NCBI GenBank assembly: GCA_963663965.2
Contig: CAXXFK010000012.1
Coordinates: 1 to 64,000 of the forward strand
Source: Sedimentisphaerales bacterium
GTDB lineage: Bacteria; Planctomycetota; Phycisphaerae; Sedimentisphaerales; SM23-30
Direction: 5' to 3'
Length of the DNA stretch: 64,000 nucleotides
A program made the position numbers and the translations under genes. Positions 31,850 through 41,951 of this stretch are shown here, in pieces. The notes beneath the pieces are model-generated. The model worked only from the letters and a program-made list of their open reading frames with translations. It was not told where the DNA came from and did not search any database. Each line of letters begins with the position of its first letter. The stretch's first letter is position 1.

Positions 31850-32328
31850 GGTTGAATCTCCATTTGCTTACGCAAGATTTCCAAGGTATTCTGATAACTG
31901 CGATGCACGGTCGAAAGCGGCTGACCGGTCAACTCTGCGATTTCGCGAAAGTTCATTTGCCCCCACAATCGCAAGGTCACAACTTCTCGATCTGCCACCG
32001 GCAACTGCTCCAGTTTCTTCTGCAACAATTGTGCATCCAGTTGGTCATCGACAGCCGGCTCAAACCAGCTTTGCTGACCTGTTTTCAAATTTGTCACCGC
32101 GTTATGGTTAACGCGTTTTCGCCGTAACCGGGACAGGCATTCATTTCGAACCGTACGATAAAGCCAGCTTTTGATTTCGGTTGGCAACACGTTTTGTCCA
32201 AGTAGCCGGACAAAGGCCTCCTGTACCGCTTCCTCCGCCTGATTGGAGTCCAGCCATTGCCGGGCATACAGGCATAACGGGCTTGCCAGAAGTCTGAAAA
32301 ATTCGGTGATTTCGTCGATACGCTTCAA
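31816..32328 (-). CDS. ECF RNA polymerase sigma factor
   Basis: AEEAVQEAFVRL, WLYRTVRN, FREIAELTGQPLSTVHR. Confidence 0.93.
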   Translation of the reverse strand: MKRIDEITEFFRLLASPLCLYARQWLDSNQAEEAVQEAFVRLLGQNVLPTEIKSWLYRTVRNECLSRLRRKRVNHNAVTNLKTGQQSWFEPAVDDQLDAQLLQKKLEQLPVADREVVTLRLWGQMNFREIAELTGQPLSTVHRSYQNTLEILRKQMEIQPCNRSVNLKVR

Positions 32329-32624
32329 TCAATACCTGGTCAGTTTATTGTCATCAGTTTTAACGGGATAACTCATAAGTCTTTCACTTTATATGATGAA
32401 CAAACCAACCACTTTTCTAAAAGAAAATCATATTTTTTTTATTCTTTAGGGCTTCCTCTAACACAATTATACATAACCAACCATTCACAATGTAGTTATG
32501 GCATCATCCACAAAAACGTAACAGTGAATAATGCGTGTTAACCAAACCGTAACCAGCTCATTGAATCACACCCTTTTATACAAAAAATCACCTGTCTTAT
32601 CATCTCCTGACGATAGGGTCATAT

Positions 32625-33818
32625 ATGCAATCTGAAAACCCAATATCACCATCAGTTAACCCAAAGTCCGATAAAAAGCTGGCTGCCTGGCTCTTTCTAA
32701 TCGGCCTGGCAATCGCCTTACTCTGGCAACCATTTTTCCGTTTTATCTATCCCATCAAAAACGATTCACTGGTTCTGATCGGTTCTCTGGCGCTGCTTTT
32801 CTGGTTCTGCGCGCTGGTCTTATGGTTTCGCGCCGGGAAACCGGGAATCCGGGCCAGCCTGCTATTCTTCAGTTCTCTGATGATTTTCATGTTTATCCTC
32901 CTGGAAATCATCTGCCGGCTCTGGATCTGGGGTCCCACCGGCCTCAATCCCGCCAAAATGGCCAACCTCCATGAATACACCTACAACGCCGTTCTCGAAA
33001 AAGTAGAGGATCCTCAAATCCGCTTTCAAAACAAACCGGGATTCCATCATCAATACACCAATGCGACTGTCGATATCAGCGATCAGGGTCTGCGTGACCG
33101 CCATTACCGACAGTCAAAACCGGACAATACCTTCCGGATCGCCTGTATCGGCGATTCGTTTACCTTTGGCCTGGGCGTAGAACAGATCGACTTCTATCCC
33201 GCCCTGCTCACCGAATTATGCAAAGCGGATTCCAGCGATACGAACTATGAATGCATGAACTTCGGCGTAATCAGTTATTCGCTCGACCAGTATCTGGCAA
33301 CCATACAGAAGAAAGCCATGGCTTTCCATCCTGATCTGGTCATCGTCGGTTTCTGCTCCAACGATGTCTCACCGGTCGATTCCATGGTCGTGCAGGAAAA
33401 ATGCGAACTCATCTATCCCTACCAGTATTTCCACGCCTTTAAATGCTACAGCATTCAACTGGTAAAACGCGCCTTGTATCCCATCCTGGTTAAAAGCCGC
33501 TATTACGATGTCGATTCACCCGAAAAAGTATCTCTGCTGCAAAATGCCTTTCATGACTTCCAACAACTCTCCCAGGATACCGGTATCCCGATTGTCTTTT
33601 TCTACCTGTCCCATTACCCCGTCGACGCCCAGGGTGTCCAGACCATCGCCGATGAAAAGAATATCCCATTCCATGACCTCTCCCAGTTCTTCACCGGCCA
33701 GAATCCCATGCAATTCTGCATCAGCCGCGTCGACCCCCACCCCAACGCCCTCGCCCACCAGATCTACGCCAACCAGATGTTTCGATATCTCAAAGACAAC
33801 TATCTACTGGCCCAATAG
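32625..33818 (+). CDS. Membrane-anchored SGNH/GDSL hydrolase
   Basis: Three N-terminal TMs; GDSFTFG, NFGV, SND, DPHPN blocks. Confidence 0.9.
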   Translation: MQSENPISPSVNPKSDKKLAAWLFLIGLAIALLWQPFFRFIYPIKNDSLVLIGSLALLFWFCALVLWFRAGKPGIRASLLFFSSLMIFMFILLEIICRLWIWGPTGLNPAKMANLHEYTYNAVLEKVEDPQIRFQNKPGFHHQYTNATVDISDQGLRDRHYRQSKPDNTFRIACIGDSFTFGLGVEQIDFYPALLTELCKADSSDTNYECMNFGVISYSLDQYLATIQKKAMAFHPDLVIVGFCSNDVSPVDSMVVQEKCELIYPYQYFHAFKCYSIQLVKRALYPILVKSRYYDVDSPEKVSLLQNAFHDFQQLSQDTGIPIVFFYLSHYPVDAQGVQTIADEKNIPFHDLSQFFTGQNPMQFCISRVDPHPNALAHQIYANQMFRYLKDNYLLAQ

Positions 33819-34049
33819 CCAGAAAACCTGGATGATATAGCGCTTCTCCTTAATCCGAATTTCAAAACACCTCAAAAGGTCCTATAATATTAACATAAAT
33901 TAATAACTGACCATAAATCCAACTGGTTTTTTACTTGGTCATATAGTTAATTTTTGTTAAAATATATTATTAATCCCGCTGTAAATCTCGGCGGGTTCCC
34001 CTGTTTGAATTTTAAAAAAACAGCTTATTTGTTCCATGGAGTGTAGAAA

Positions 34050-37000
34050 ATGACCAGAGGTTTGCTATTTTTATTTTCACTATTTGTTATAACGGTCGTC
34101 GCGTCCAGCGCCTTATGGGCCCAATATTCCGGCGGTAGCGGTCTATCAGACGATCCTTGGCTGATCGCTAACGCGGTTGACCTGATTTTGTTGGGCAACA
34201 GCCCTGATGATTATGGTGACCATTTCAATCTGACCGCGAATATCGATCTGGCCGGCCAACCATATACTAGAGCAGTGATCGCACCGGACACCAACGATAG
34301 CAAACCGGGGCATCAGGGGCCGGTTTTTACCGGGCGTTTCAATGGGATGGGACACTCTATTTCCAATCTGACCATTACCGATGATGGCTCCAACCGCGAC
34401 TGTCTGGCATTATTCGGTAAAACTGGCGGCGGCGGACAGGTCTGGAGCCTGACCTTGACTGGGGTAACGATTGCCGGCAGCGATGATTCCGATTTCGTGG
34501 CCGGTTTGTGCGCCGATAACGAGGGTGAAATCAGTTGCTGCCAAAGCTCTGGTAGCGTAACCGGCAACGATTATGTCGGGGGGATGACTGGAATAAGCCA
34601 AGGGAGCCTGACCTTTGCTTCTGTAGAGGGCAATGTGAGTGGCTGCGATAGTTCGCAATATGTCGGCGGTTTGTGCGGCCTGAATACCGGCGATTGGATC
34701 GATGGCTGCCAGGCGATAGCAACGGTGACCGCTGGCGACCAGTCGCAGTATGTGGGCGGATTGGCGGGCTGCAATCGTGAGGCCGATATTTTCAGTAGTT
34801 TCGCGCACAGCGATGTCACTGGCAGCAGTCATATAGGTGGATTGGTGGGCTATAACGAGATCGGGCGCATCGGCGCTTGTTACTGCGTGGGCCAGGTGCA
34901 GGGTGATATCAAAACCGGTGGGTTATGCGGCCAGAACTACCGGGGAGTGGTTTATTGTTCCTATTGGGATCGCGAGGTGTGTGACCTTGAATACAGCGCC
35001 GGCGGCTGGGCCTTGACCACCGCACAGATGAAACAGGAATCCAGCTATCTCGGCTGGACGAGCGGAACCTGGGGCATTAACGAAGGCGTCGATTACCCCA
35101 TGATCGATCTGATTAACCAGCCAATCGATTACGAATATCCGCAAACCTATCCGGGTGACGGCCAGGATGAACCCTTTGTATTAGACAGCGTCGATGACCT
35201 GATCAGCTTCAGCCGCCGGCCCCGAGACTGGAATAAACAAGTCGCCCTGGGCGCTGATATTGATCTGACCGGCGTGCCGTTCCGCCCGATCGATTTGTTT
35301 GAAGGGCAATTCGACGGCCGGGGCCATACGATTACCGGCATGACGATCGATGCGGCGGAACTGGGATGCAATAACAATTTGGGGTTTTTCTGCGTGATGT
35401 ACGGCGCCGCCGTTATTAAAAATACCATTTTCGATCAGGTGACGATTACGGTTGGCGATGACGCTGAAACCATAGCCGGAATCTGTGCGGGAAATAAGGG
35501 CGCTATTATGAATTGCAATATATCCGGCGCCATCACCACTGGAAACGAATCTTACTATATCGGCGGCATTGGCGGAGGTTCATCCGGAACGATAATCGAC
35601 AGCTTTGCGGATGTAGATATCACTGGCAACGGCAATACTTACTGTGTTGGGGGGGTAATTGGCGCCAATACCGGTGAATTAATCAACTGTCATGCCGAGG
35701 GCGCAGTGTCGGGCTCTCTGCTTGTGGGCGGATTGGCCGGAGTTAGCAGTGGGCCTGTCAGCAATTGTTATGCGACAGGCTCCGTTACGGGCAGGGCGAT
35801 TGTTGGTGGTTTATGCGGAAAGAGTATAAGTTCCATAACCAATTGCTATGCCACCGGAACCGTTTTGGGCGAGGAGGGCAGCGTCGGCGGCTTATGCGGT
35901 CAGAATGCGGAAGAAACCGGCGTGATTACATCTTCTTACTCTAACAGCAATGTGACTGGAGGAGGAAATGAAATAGGCGGTCTCTGCGGGGCCAACTTCA
36001 ATGCGATCACGCAGTGTTATGCGACAGGTTCTGTCGAGGGCTATGATTATGTAGGCGGCTTCTGTGGGGATAATAACGGTGATATTACTGACTGTTATGC
36101 TAGCGGTTCGGTAAATGGATTCAGCGATAATGCAACGGGATATTTCTGTGACAAAGTCGGTGGTTTTTGTGGAAGAAATCGTTTCGGCTCTGTAATCAAT
36201 TGTTACGCGGCTGGACCTGTCAGCGGCAGTGACTATGTTGCCGGTTTCTGCGCGGTAACCGATGGCGGACCCGTACTGAACTGTTTTTGGGACAAACAAG
36301 TATGCAATGTTTTCAATGCCGATGAATTAGGTATGGGATTGAATACAAGGCAAATGCAAACAACCGCGTCATTCACCTATGCCGGTTGGGATTTTTCCGA
36401 TTCCGATGGCGACCCGGCCGACTGGCTGATGCCATTGTATAGTTATCCCCGTCTGGTCTGGGAAGATATGGACATCAACCCTCAAACCCCCTGGCGTCTG
36501 CTGACCCCCATGCAAATTGCCCGCGATCAATTTGCCGGGTGTGTGATTGACAACGCTATTTACGTCTTCGGCGGTAACGGCAATCCCGACGGTATGAATC
36601 TGCGTAGCGGCGAAAAATACGATATCCAAACAGGTACCTGGTCTCACATCGCCGATAACCCGCATATCGAACCCGGCTGGGGCGTCGAAGAAATCTGTGG
36701 TGTCGCCTTAAATGGCAAATTCTATGTCTTCGGCGCCTGGGGCGGCATCGGCGATAACGGCTACTACGGCGTTTTCAATTTTAACGAAATGTATGACCCC
36801 GCTACCGACACCTGGACCACGCTGGCGCAAAAACCCACCACCGCCGCTTCAGTCACCCCGGCAGTCTATAACGGCCGAATCTACCTATTCGGCGGCTATT
36901 ACGAAGATGAAGATCCCACCGGCCGGCGATACGACTACACCGTCGTCGAAGCCTACGATCCAGATTCAAATACCTGGCAATATATTACAAATATGCCCGG

Positions 37001-39065
37001 ATTACTGGTAGGACCGGTAATCGCCGTCTACGAAAATAGCGCTTATATTATCGGCGGATACGATCCCGCCCTGGGCGCCATTAGCGATAAAGTATCGGTT
37101 TATGACTTCACCACCAATACCTGGACCAATGATTATTGCCCAACTCCCGCAGAAGCCCGCCGAGTCTATCCCTACTCGGCCCCGGTTCCCGTTATCAATG
37201 GCAGGGTGATTCTGACCGGTGGTGTCGAAGGCTCAGAAGCGGCTCACTGGCCCAGTGATCGCCTGACCGTGTTTGATATCCCCTCCCAGACATTTACCTC
37301 AAAAGAACCAATGCCTGAACCACGCGATGGCCATCTGGTGCTCACTCACAATAGAGACCTGTATGTCCTGGGGGGCTTTATTGATGAAGAAGAGATCGAC
37401 CGGACCAGTAATAAAGTCTTTATTTATGACAACCTGCTTGATACGTCCGCCCTGAACCTGCCGGTCGTCAATATGGAAGCGTTTGCCGACATTTCCCGTT
37501 ACTGGGGTATGGACGCCTGTCAACCCGGCCAGCCTTGCAGTCAGTTCGATAAGAATCACGATGGCCGCATCGATATCTACGATCTGATAATGATCGCATC
37601 TGAATGGGATACCCCCATCAAAATCACAGATCATGTCTTTCGCGTCGCAATCGACAGCGGCATCGATTACGGCCGGCCGGATAACGATTCCGATACCAGT
37701 TGGGATTTCTACCTCGCTGTCAATACCGATGAAACCGTTGAAAAAATTTACTTCCAGACACCTGCCGGCAATGAATTTGGCATTTCCCCGGACTATGTTT
37801 CCCAAAGTTATCCACACGGCGAATTTGAATCCGAACGCAACTGGAATGACGACACCGGCCAGTACGAATGGGAATACGAATGGGACTTTTTCGATCCGCA
37901 ATACTTGAATGCTTACGGCGATGGCTGGTATCGACTCACCATCATTTATCAGGATGGCCGCTCCCAGCAGACAGCAGCCTGGTTTGGCATTCCCAACAGC
38001 GCCAATCCAATCCCTCAGGCCGTTCAGGTTCCGGTGATGACCAATATCGAGCAGGGCGGCGTCTATTCCTCCCCGCTGACCGTTGCCTGGCAGCCGGTGA
38101 CCGATCCCGCCATCGAACTGATTCATATCGGCTTTGAAAACCAGACGACCGATGAATGGATCGAAATGCTATATCCCGTTGACCTTACTGAAATGCCTAC
38201 CCCGCAAGCCCTGCTACCCGGCAACTGGGGTGTCGAACTGGGCTTTGGGGCCTTATATGATTCCGTCAATAGCGACGGAATTCCGCTGGAAGTAATAAAA
38301 TACACTCTAAGCACTTATGACATCCAGATCGCCCCAACCGATACTGTATCCGATCATGTCTCTCAGATCCTCATCCAAACCTGGAAAAACTTTGCCAACC
38401 CGGCTCTCGCCGAAGATGATCATATCGGTTTCGAAGTTGAAATTCTCACGGATGACCTCATCAATTCCATCGAAATCCTCACTCCCTTCGGATCCACTTA
38501 TACGATTCCCAACCAGCCGGTTTCTTCAGTTCCTATACCGGATGGCGCTCTGGAACGTGGCCGCGAATATGATCCGGATGATGACCTTTATGAATGGACT
38601 TTCGCCATCCAATTCAATCCCGACTACGAACCCACCGTCAGCACTCATGGTCAATATACCCTAACACTGACCTATACCGATGGCCGCACCGCCCAGACCA
38701 CCGCCTGGTATGGCGTCCCGGATACCTCCGATCCCATCCCCTATCCCACTCAGGCGCTACTGCTGACCAGTTTCGACAATAACGCCATACTGAACTCACC
38801 CATCAACCTGGCCTGGACTCCCTGTACCGACGAAAACGCCATCGATATCTGGATCAACATCGATGGAATTGATCATCCTTATTGGGATGTCTGGAATTTT
38901 GAATCCACCGCCACGGCATTGAACGAACCAGTCGACCTTCAGGATGGAAATTATGAACTCCTGCTGGGCTATACCATCGGGTATATCAGTACCAATCCCG
39001 ACGGTATCCGCCTGCTCGCCGGCCGCTATAGCGAAACCGACTACGTATTCAGTATCGTACCCTGA
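34050..39065 (+). CDS. Large secreted multidomain protein: GLUG repeats, Kelch propeller, dockerin/EF-hand-like motif, duplicated C-terminal domain
   Basis: Repeated VGGLCG.N..I.NCYA.G.V; Kelch IYVFGG...YD...W repeats; DKNHDGRIDIYDL...EW. Confidence 0.9.
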   Translation: MTRGLLFLFSLFVITVVASSALWAQYSGGSGLSDDPWLIANAVDLILLGNSPDDYGDHFNLTANIDLAGQPYTRAVIAPDTNDSKPGHQGPVFTGRFNGMGHSISNLTITDDGSNRDCLALFGKTGGGGQVWSLTLTGVTIAGSDDSDFVAGLCADNEGEISCCQSSGSVTGNDYVGGMTGISQGSLTFASVEGNVSGCDSSQYVGGLCGLNTGDWIDGCQAIATVTAGDQSQYVGGLAGCNREADIFSSFAHSDVTGSSHIGGLVGYNEIGRIGACYCVGQVQGDIKTGGLCGQNYRGVVYCSYWDREVCDLEYSAGGWALTTAQMKQESSYLGWTSGTWGINEGVDYPMIDLINQPIDYEYPQTYPGDGQDEPFVLDSVDDLISFSRRPRDWNKQVALGADIDLTGVPFRPIDLFEGQFDGRGHTITGMTIDAAELGCNNNLGFFCVMYGAAVIKNTIFDQVTITVGDDAETIAGICAGNKGAIMNCNISGAITTGNESYYIGGIGGGSSGTIIDSFADVDITGNGNTYCVGGVIGANTGELINCHAEGAVSGSLLVGGLAGVSSGPVSNCYATGSVTGRAIVGGLCGKSISSITNCYATGTVLGEEGSVGGLCGQNAEETGVITSSYSNSNVTGGGNEIGGLCGANFNAITQCYATGSVEGYDYVGGFCGDNNGDITDCYASGSVNGFSDNATGYFCDKVGGFCGRNRFGSVINCYAAGPVSGSDYVAGFCAVTDGGPVLNCFWDKQVCNVFNADELGMGLNTRQMQTTASFTYAGWDFSDSDGDPADWLMPLYSYPRLVWEDMDINPQTPWRLLTPMQIARDQFAGCVIDNAIYVFGGNGNPDGMNLRSGEKYDIQTGTWSHIADNPHIEPGWGVEEICGVALNGKFYVFGAWGGIGDNGYYGVFNFNEMYDPATDTWTTLAQKPTTAASVTPAVYNGRIYLFGGYYEDEDPTGRRYDYTVVEAYDPDSNTWQYITNMPGLLVGPVIAVYENSAYIIGGYDPALGAISDKVSVYDFTTNTWTNDYCPTPAEARRVYPYSAPVPVINGRVILTGGVEGSEAAHWPSDRLTVFDIPSQTFTSKEPMPEPRDGHLVLTHNRDLYVLGGFIDEEEIDRTSNKVFIYDNLLDTSALNLPVVNMEAFADISRYWGMDACQPGQPCSQFDKNHDGRIDIYDLIMIASEWDTPIKITDHVFRVAIDSGIDYGRPDNDSDTSWDFYLAVNTDETVEKIYFQTPAGNEFGISPDYVSQSYPHGEFESERNWNDDTGQYEWEYEWDFFDPQYLNAYGDGWYRLTIIYQDGRSQQTAAWFGIPNSANPIPQAVQVPVMTNIEQGGVYSSPLTVAWQPVTDPAIELIHIGFENQTTDEWIEMLYPVDLTEMPTPQALLPGNWGVELGFGALYDSVNSDGIPLEVIKYTLSTYDIQIAPTDTVSDHVSQILIQTWKNFANPALAEDDHIGFEVEILTDDLINSIEILTPFGSTYTIPNQPVSSVPIPDGALERGREYDPDDDLYEWTFAIQFNPDYEPTVSTHGQYTLTLTYTDGRTAQTTAWYGVPDTSDPIPYPTQALLLTSFDNNAILNSPINLAWTPCTDENAIDIWINIDGIDHPYWDVWNFESTATALNEPVDLQDGNYELLLGYTIGYISTNPDGIRLLAGRYSETDYVFSIVP
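37623..39062 (+). repeat. Two tandem ~241-aa protein-level repeats
   Basis: ITDHV...QTAAWFGIPNSANPIP... and VSDHV...QTTAWYGVPDTSDPIP...; unit starts 723 nt apart (37623, 38346). Confidence 0.8.
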
Positions 39066-39231
39066 AAGATCTTGTAACCGAACAAGTTCATTCTGACCAG
39101 AGATATGACATCGTAAAAAATAAATAGATATTTGCCATATTCATCCATAATTATCGTTCCTTAAATATAGATAAATCCGTTTCACTGTAATATTTCGGTC
39201 ATTCAGACCGCTAATTTAAGGATACGATTCG

Positions 39232-40396
39232 ATGAAAAAAAGCACTAACTTATTAGTTGTTCTGACTTTAACTTTAATCCCCACTGCGGCCCTCTTCGCC
39301 GAGCTCTGTGTCGGCAATTACCAGACCGAAGATCAGGCCAAAGCCCAACTGGCCCGCTTCGCCGCCTCCTATCTCAACCGCGCGGACTGGCAAAAACGCG
39401 CCGCCACCATCCGCCAGGGTATCCTCAATGGCGCCGGCCTGAATCCGCTCCCGGAAAAAACACCCCTCAATCCCATCATCCGCAAAAAACGCCTTTACAA
39501 TGGTTACTCCCGTCGAAAACGCCGCGTTCGAATCCTCCCCCGGCCTGTTCGTCACCGGCAGCCTCTATCGCCCCAACACCCAACCAGACCAGCCTCACTC
39601 CCGTCCCGCGGTCCTCTGCACCCACGGCCATTGGTCCAAATCGGATAATTACGGCCGCTATCGCCCCGAAATGCAGGCCCGCTGTGCCGCGCTGGCTCGT
39701 ATGGGCGCAGTCGTCTTTGCCTATGATATGGTCGGCTACGGCCAGATGGCCGAAGAACTCGGCTGGCAGCATAACTGTGATGAAGTACTCAAGTTGCAAC
39801 TCTGGAACAGTATTCGGGCCGTCGATTTTCTGCTGACTCTCGAAGATGTCGATCCCAAACGCATCGCGATTACCGGCGCTTCCGGCGGCGGCACCCAGAC
39901 CTTCCTGCTCACTGCGGTGGATGACCGCATTGCGGTTTCCGTGCCCTGCGTTCAGGTTTCCGCCCATTTCTTCGGCGGTTGCGTTTGCGAAAGCGGTATG
40001 CCCATACACAAAAGCGATCACCACGAAACCAATAATGTCGAAATTGCCGCGCTCGCCGCGCCCCGCCCCATGCTCATGATCAGCGATGGCCAGGACTGGA
40101 CCAAAAACACTCCCAAAGTAGAATACCCCTATATCCGTGATATCTACCGTTTCTTCGATGCCGAAAAAAATGTCCAGAACGCCCATTTCCCCGAAGAAGG
40201 CCACGATTACGGACCCAATAAACGTAATGCCCTCTATCTCTTCCTGGCCCAACATCTGCAACTTAACCTCAAAGCCATCACCAACACCGACGGCCAGATC
40301 GATGAATCCTTTGTTACCTATGAAAAACAAAAAGACATGTATGTCTTTGACAAGGACTGTCCCATCCCCGCCCATGCCCGCCGCGGAAATGGTTAA
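39232..40396 (+). pseudogene. Secreted acetylxylan-esterase-like alpha/beta hydrolase, split by a +1 frameshift (possibly an assembly error)
   Basis: Signal-peptide ORF 39232 joins ORF 39500 (GASGGG, GHDY) if one C is removed from 39509-39511, giving ...[12 protein letters not shown]. Confidence 0.8.
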
Positions 40397-40505
40397 TATA
40401 ACATGCTGACAAAATAAATTTGCTGATCGTTTTCAAGAAGATATAATATTCTATTAGTACTTTGATTAAACTTATTTTCTTCATCTTTTAGAAAAGGACA
40501 GGACC

Positions 40506-41459
40506 ATGATCAATCGCAGGGCATTTCTGGGTAGTTCCGTTGTCGCAGGATTAGCAACCGCCAGTGCCGCTCAAGCCCAACAATCCGAATCTCAAGACCG
40601 CCCCAATCGTCCCTCTCGAGGCGGCCGCCGTGGCAATCCCATCGCCATTTCAACCTATTCCTTCTGGCGCTTCATGCCTGATCAGAAAATGGGCATCGCC
40701 GAATGCATTCGCAATGCGGCCGAACTCGGTTTCGACGGCGTCGACGTCCTCCAGATTCAGATGGAAGGCGATGACAACAAATACCTCCAGGAACTGAAAC
40801 GAACCGCGCTGATTAACGGGGTAGACCTGTGCAATATGAGCACGCACCAGGGCTTTGTCACCCCCGATAAGGCCAAACGCCAGGAAAACATCGATCACAC
40901 CATCCATTGTATTGAACTGGCCTACAAACTGGGCATACCATGCCTGCGCGTCAATACCGGCCGCTGGGGCACATCCAAAGATTTCGATACCCTTATGGCC
41001 AATCGCGGCATCGAACCCCCACTCGAAGGCTATACCGAAGAGGATGGCTTCCCCTGGGTCATCGAGAGCCTGGAAAAATGCCTCCCTATCGCCGAAAAAT
41101 GCGGCGTCCTGCTCGGCCTCGAAAACCACTGGGGACTCGGCCGCACTCCCGAAGGCGTCATGCGTATCGTCAAAGCCGTCAATTCCCCCTGGCTCAAAGT
41201 CCTGCTCGACACCGGCAACTTCCTCGAAGACCCCTACGATAAACTCGAACAACTCGCCCCCGAAACCGTATTCATGCAGGCCAAAACCTACTACGGCGGC
41301 GGTCTGTGGTACTCCCTCGATCTGGATTATCCCCGCATTGGCGAAATCATGAAAAAAGTCGATTACCGCGGCTATATCAGCCTGGAATTCGAAGGCAAAG
41401 AAGACTGGAAAACCGCCATCCCCAAAAGCCTCTCAGTCCTGCGCCGTGCATTCAGATGA
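40506..41459 (+). CDS. Tat-exported sugar-phosphate isomerase/epimerase (xylose isomerase-like TIM barrel)
   Basis: NRRAFLG twin-arginine signal; LENH, DTGNF, ISLEFEG. Confidence 0.92.
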   Translation: MINRRAFLGSSVVAGLATASAAQAQQSESQDRPNRPSRGGRRGNPIAISTYSFWRFMPDQKMGIAECIRNAAELGFDGVDVLQIQMEGDDNKYLQELKRTALINGVDLCNMSTHQGFVTPDKAKRQENIDHTIHCIELAYKLGIPCLRVNTGRWGTSKDFDTLMANRGIEPPLEGYTEEDGFPWVIESLEKCLPIAEKCGVLLGLENHWGLGRTPEGVMRIVKAVNSPWLKVLLDTGNFLEDPYDKLEQLAPETVFMQAKTYYGGGLWYSLDLDYPRIGEIMKKVDYRGYISLEFEGKEDWKTAIPKSLSVLRRAFR

Positions 41460-41504
41460 GGCACTGACTCCTAATTAGATATATTTTATCTATATTTAAA
41501 TTTC

Positions 41505-41537
41505 ATTAGCGTCCGATAGTCAGGGCGCTAATTTTTT
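41505..41537 (+). terminator. Rho-independent terminator
   Basis: ATTAGCGTCC/GGGCGCTAAT stem plus T run. Confidence 0.85.
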
Positions 41538-41951
41538 GCCAAGTTTAGCCCACACCGAATTTTTTTTGACATAATTGTCATTTCAAACACTTTTTTTACC
41601 AAATTTTAAAAAAAGCGCTTTTAAATCCGACATTTTTATTTTTTCTTCTGGAATCACTTTCCGATTCATGTTAGGGTCAGGTTGTCAAATAATTATTGTT
41701 TACGCTCTTTGAATTCAGAATACAGAGATCTGTAAGCCGCTCTTATCTGATAACGGCTGTCAGATTGAGTAAACTCAGGATGATGACCTTTTAAAACATC
41801 GCAAGAAGCTCTCATCCTTGTTGTGTCCATTCTTTCCAATTGAATTTTCGGGTATAGCATTTTTCCATTATCTTGGATATCCAATCCGCAGAGATAATGT
41901 TGTTATTCCGTTAATGGCATCTATTTCTACTCTTACTTCATACATTTTATC

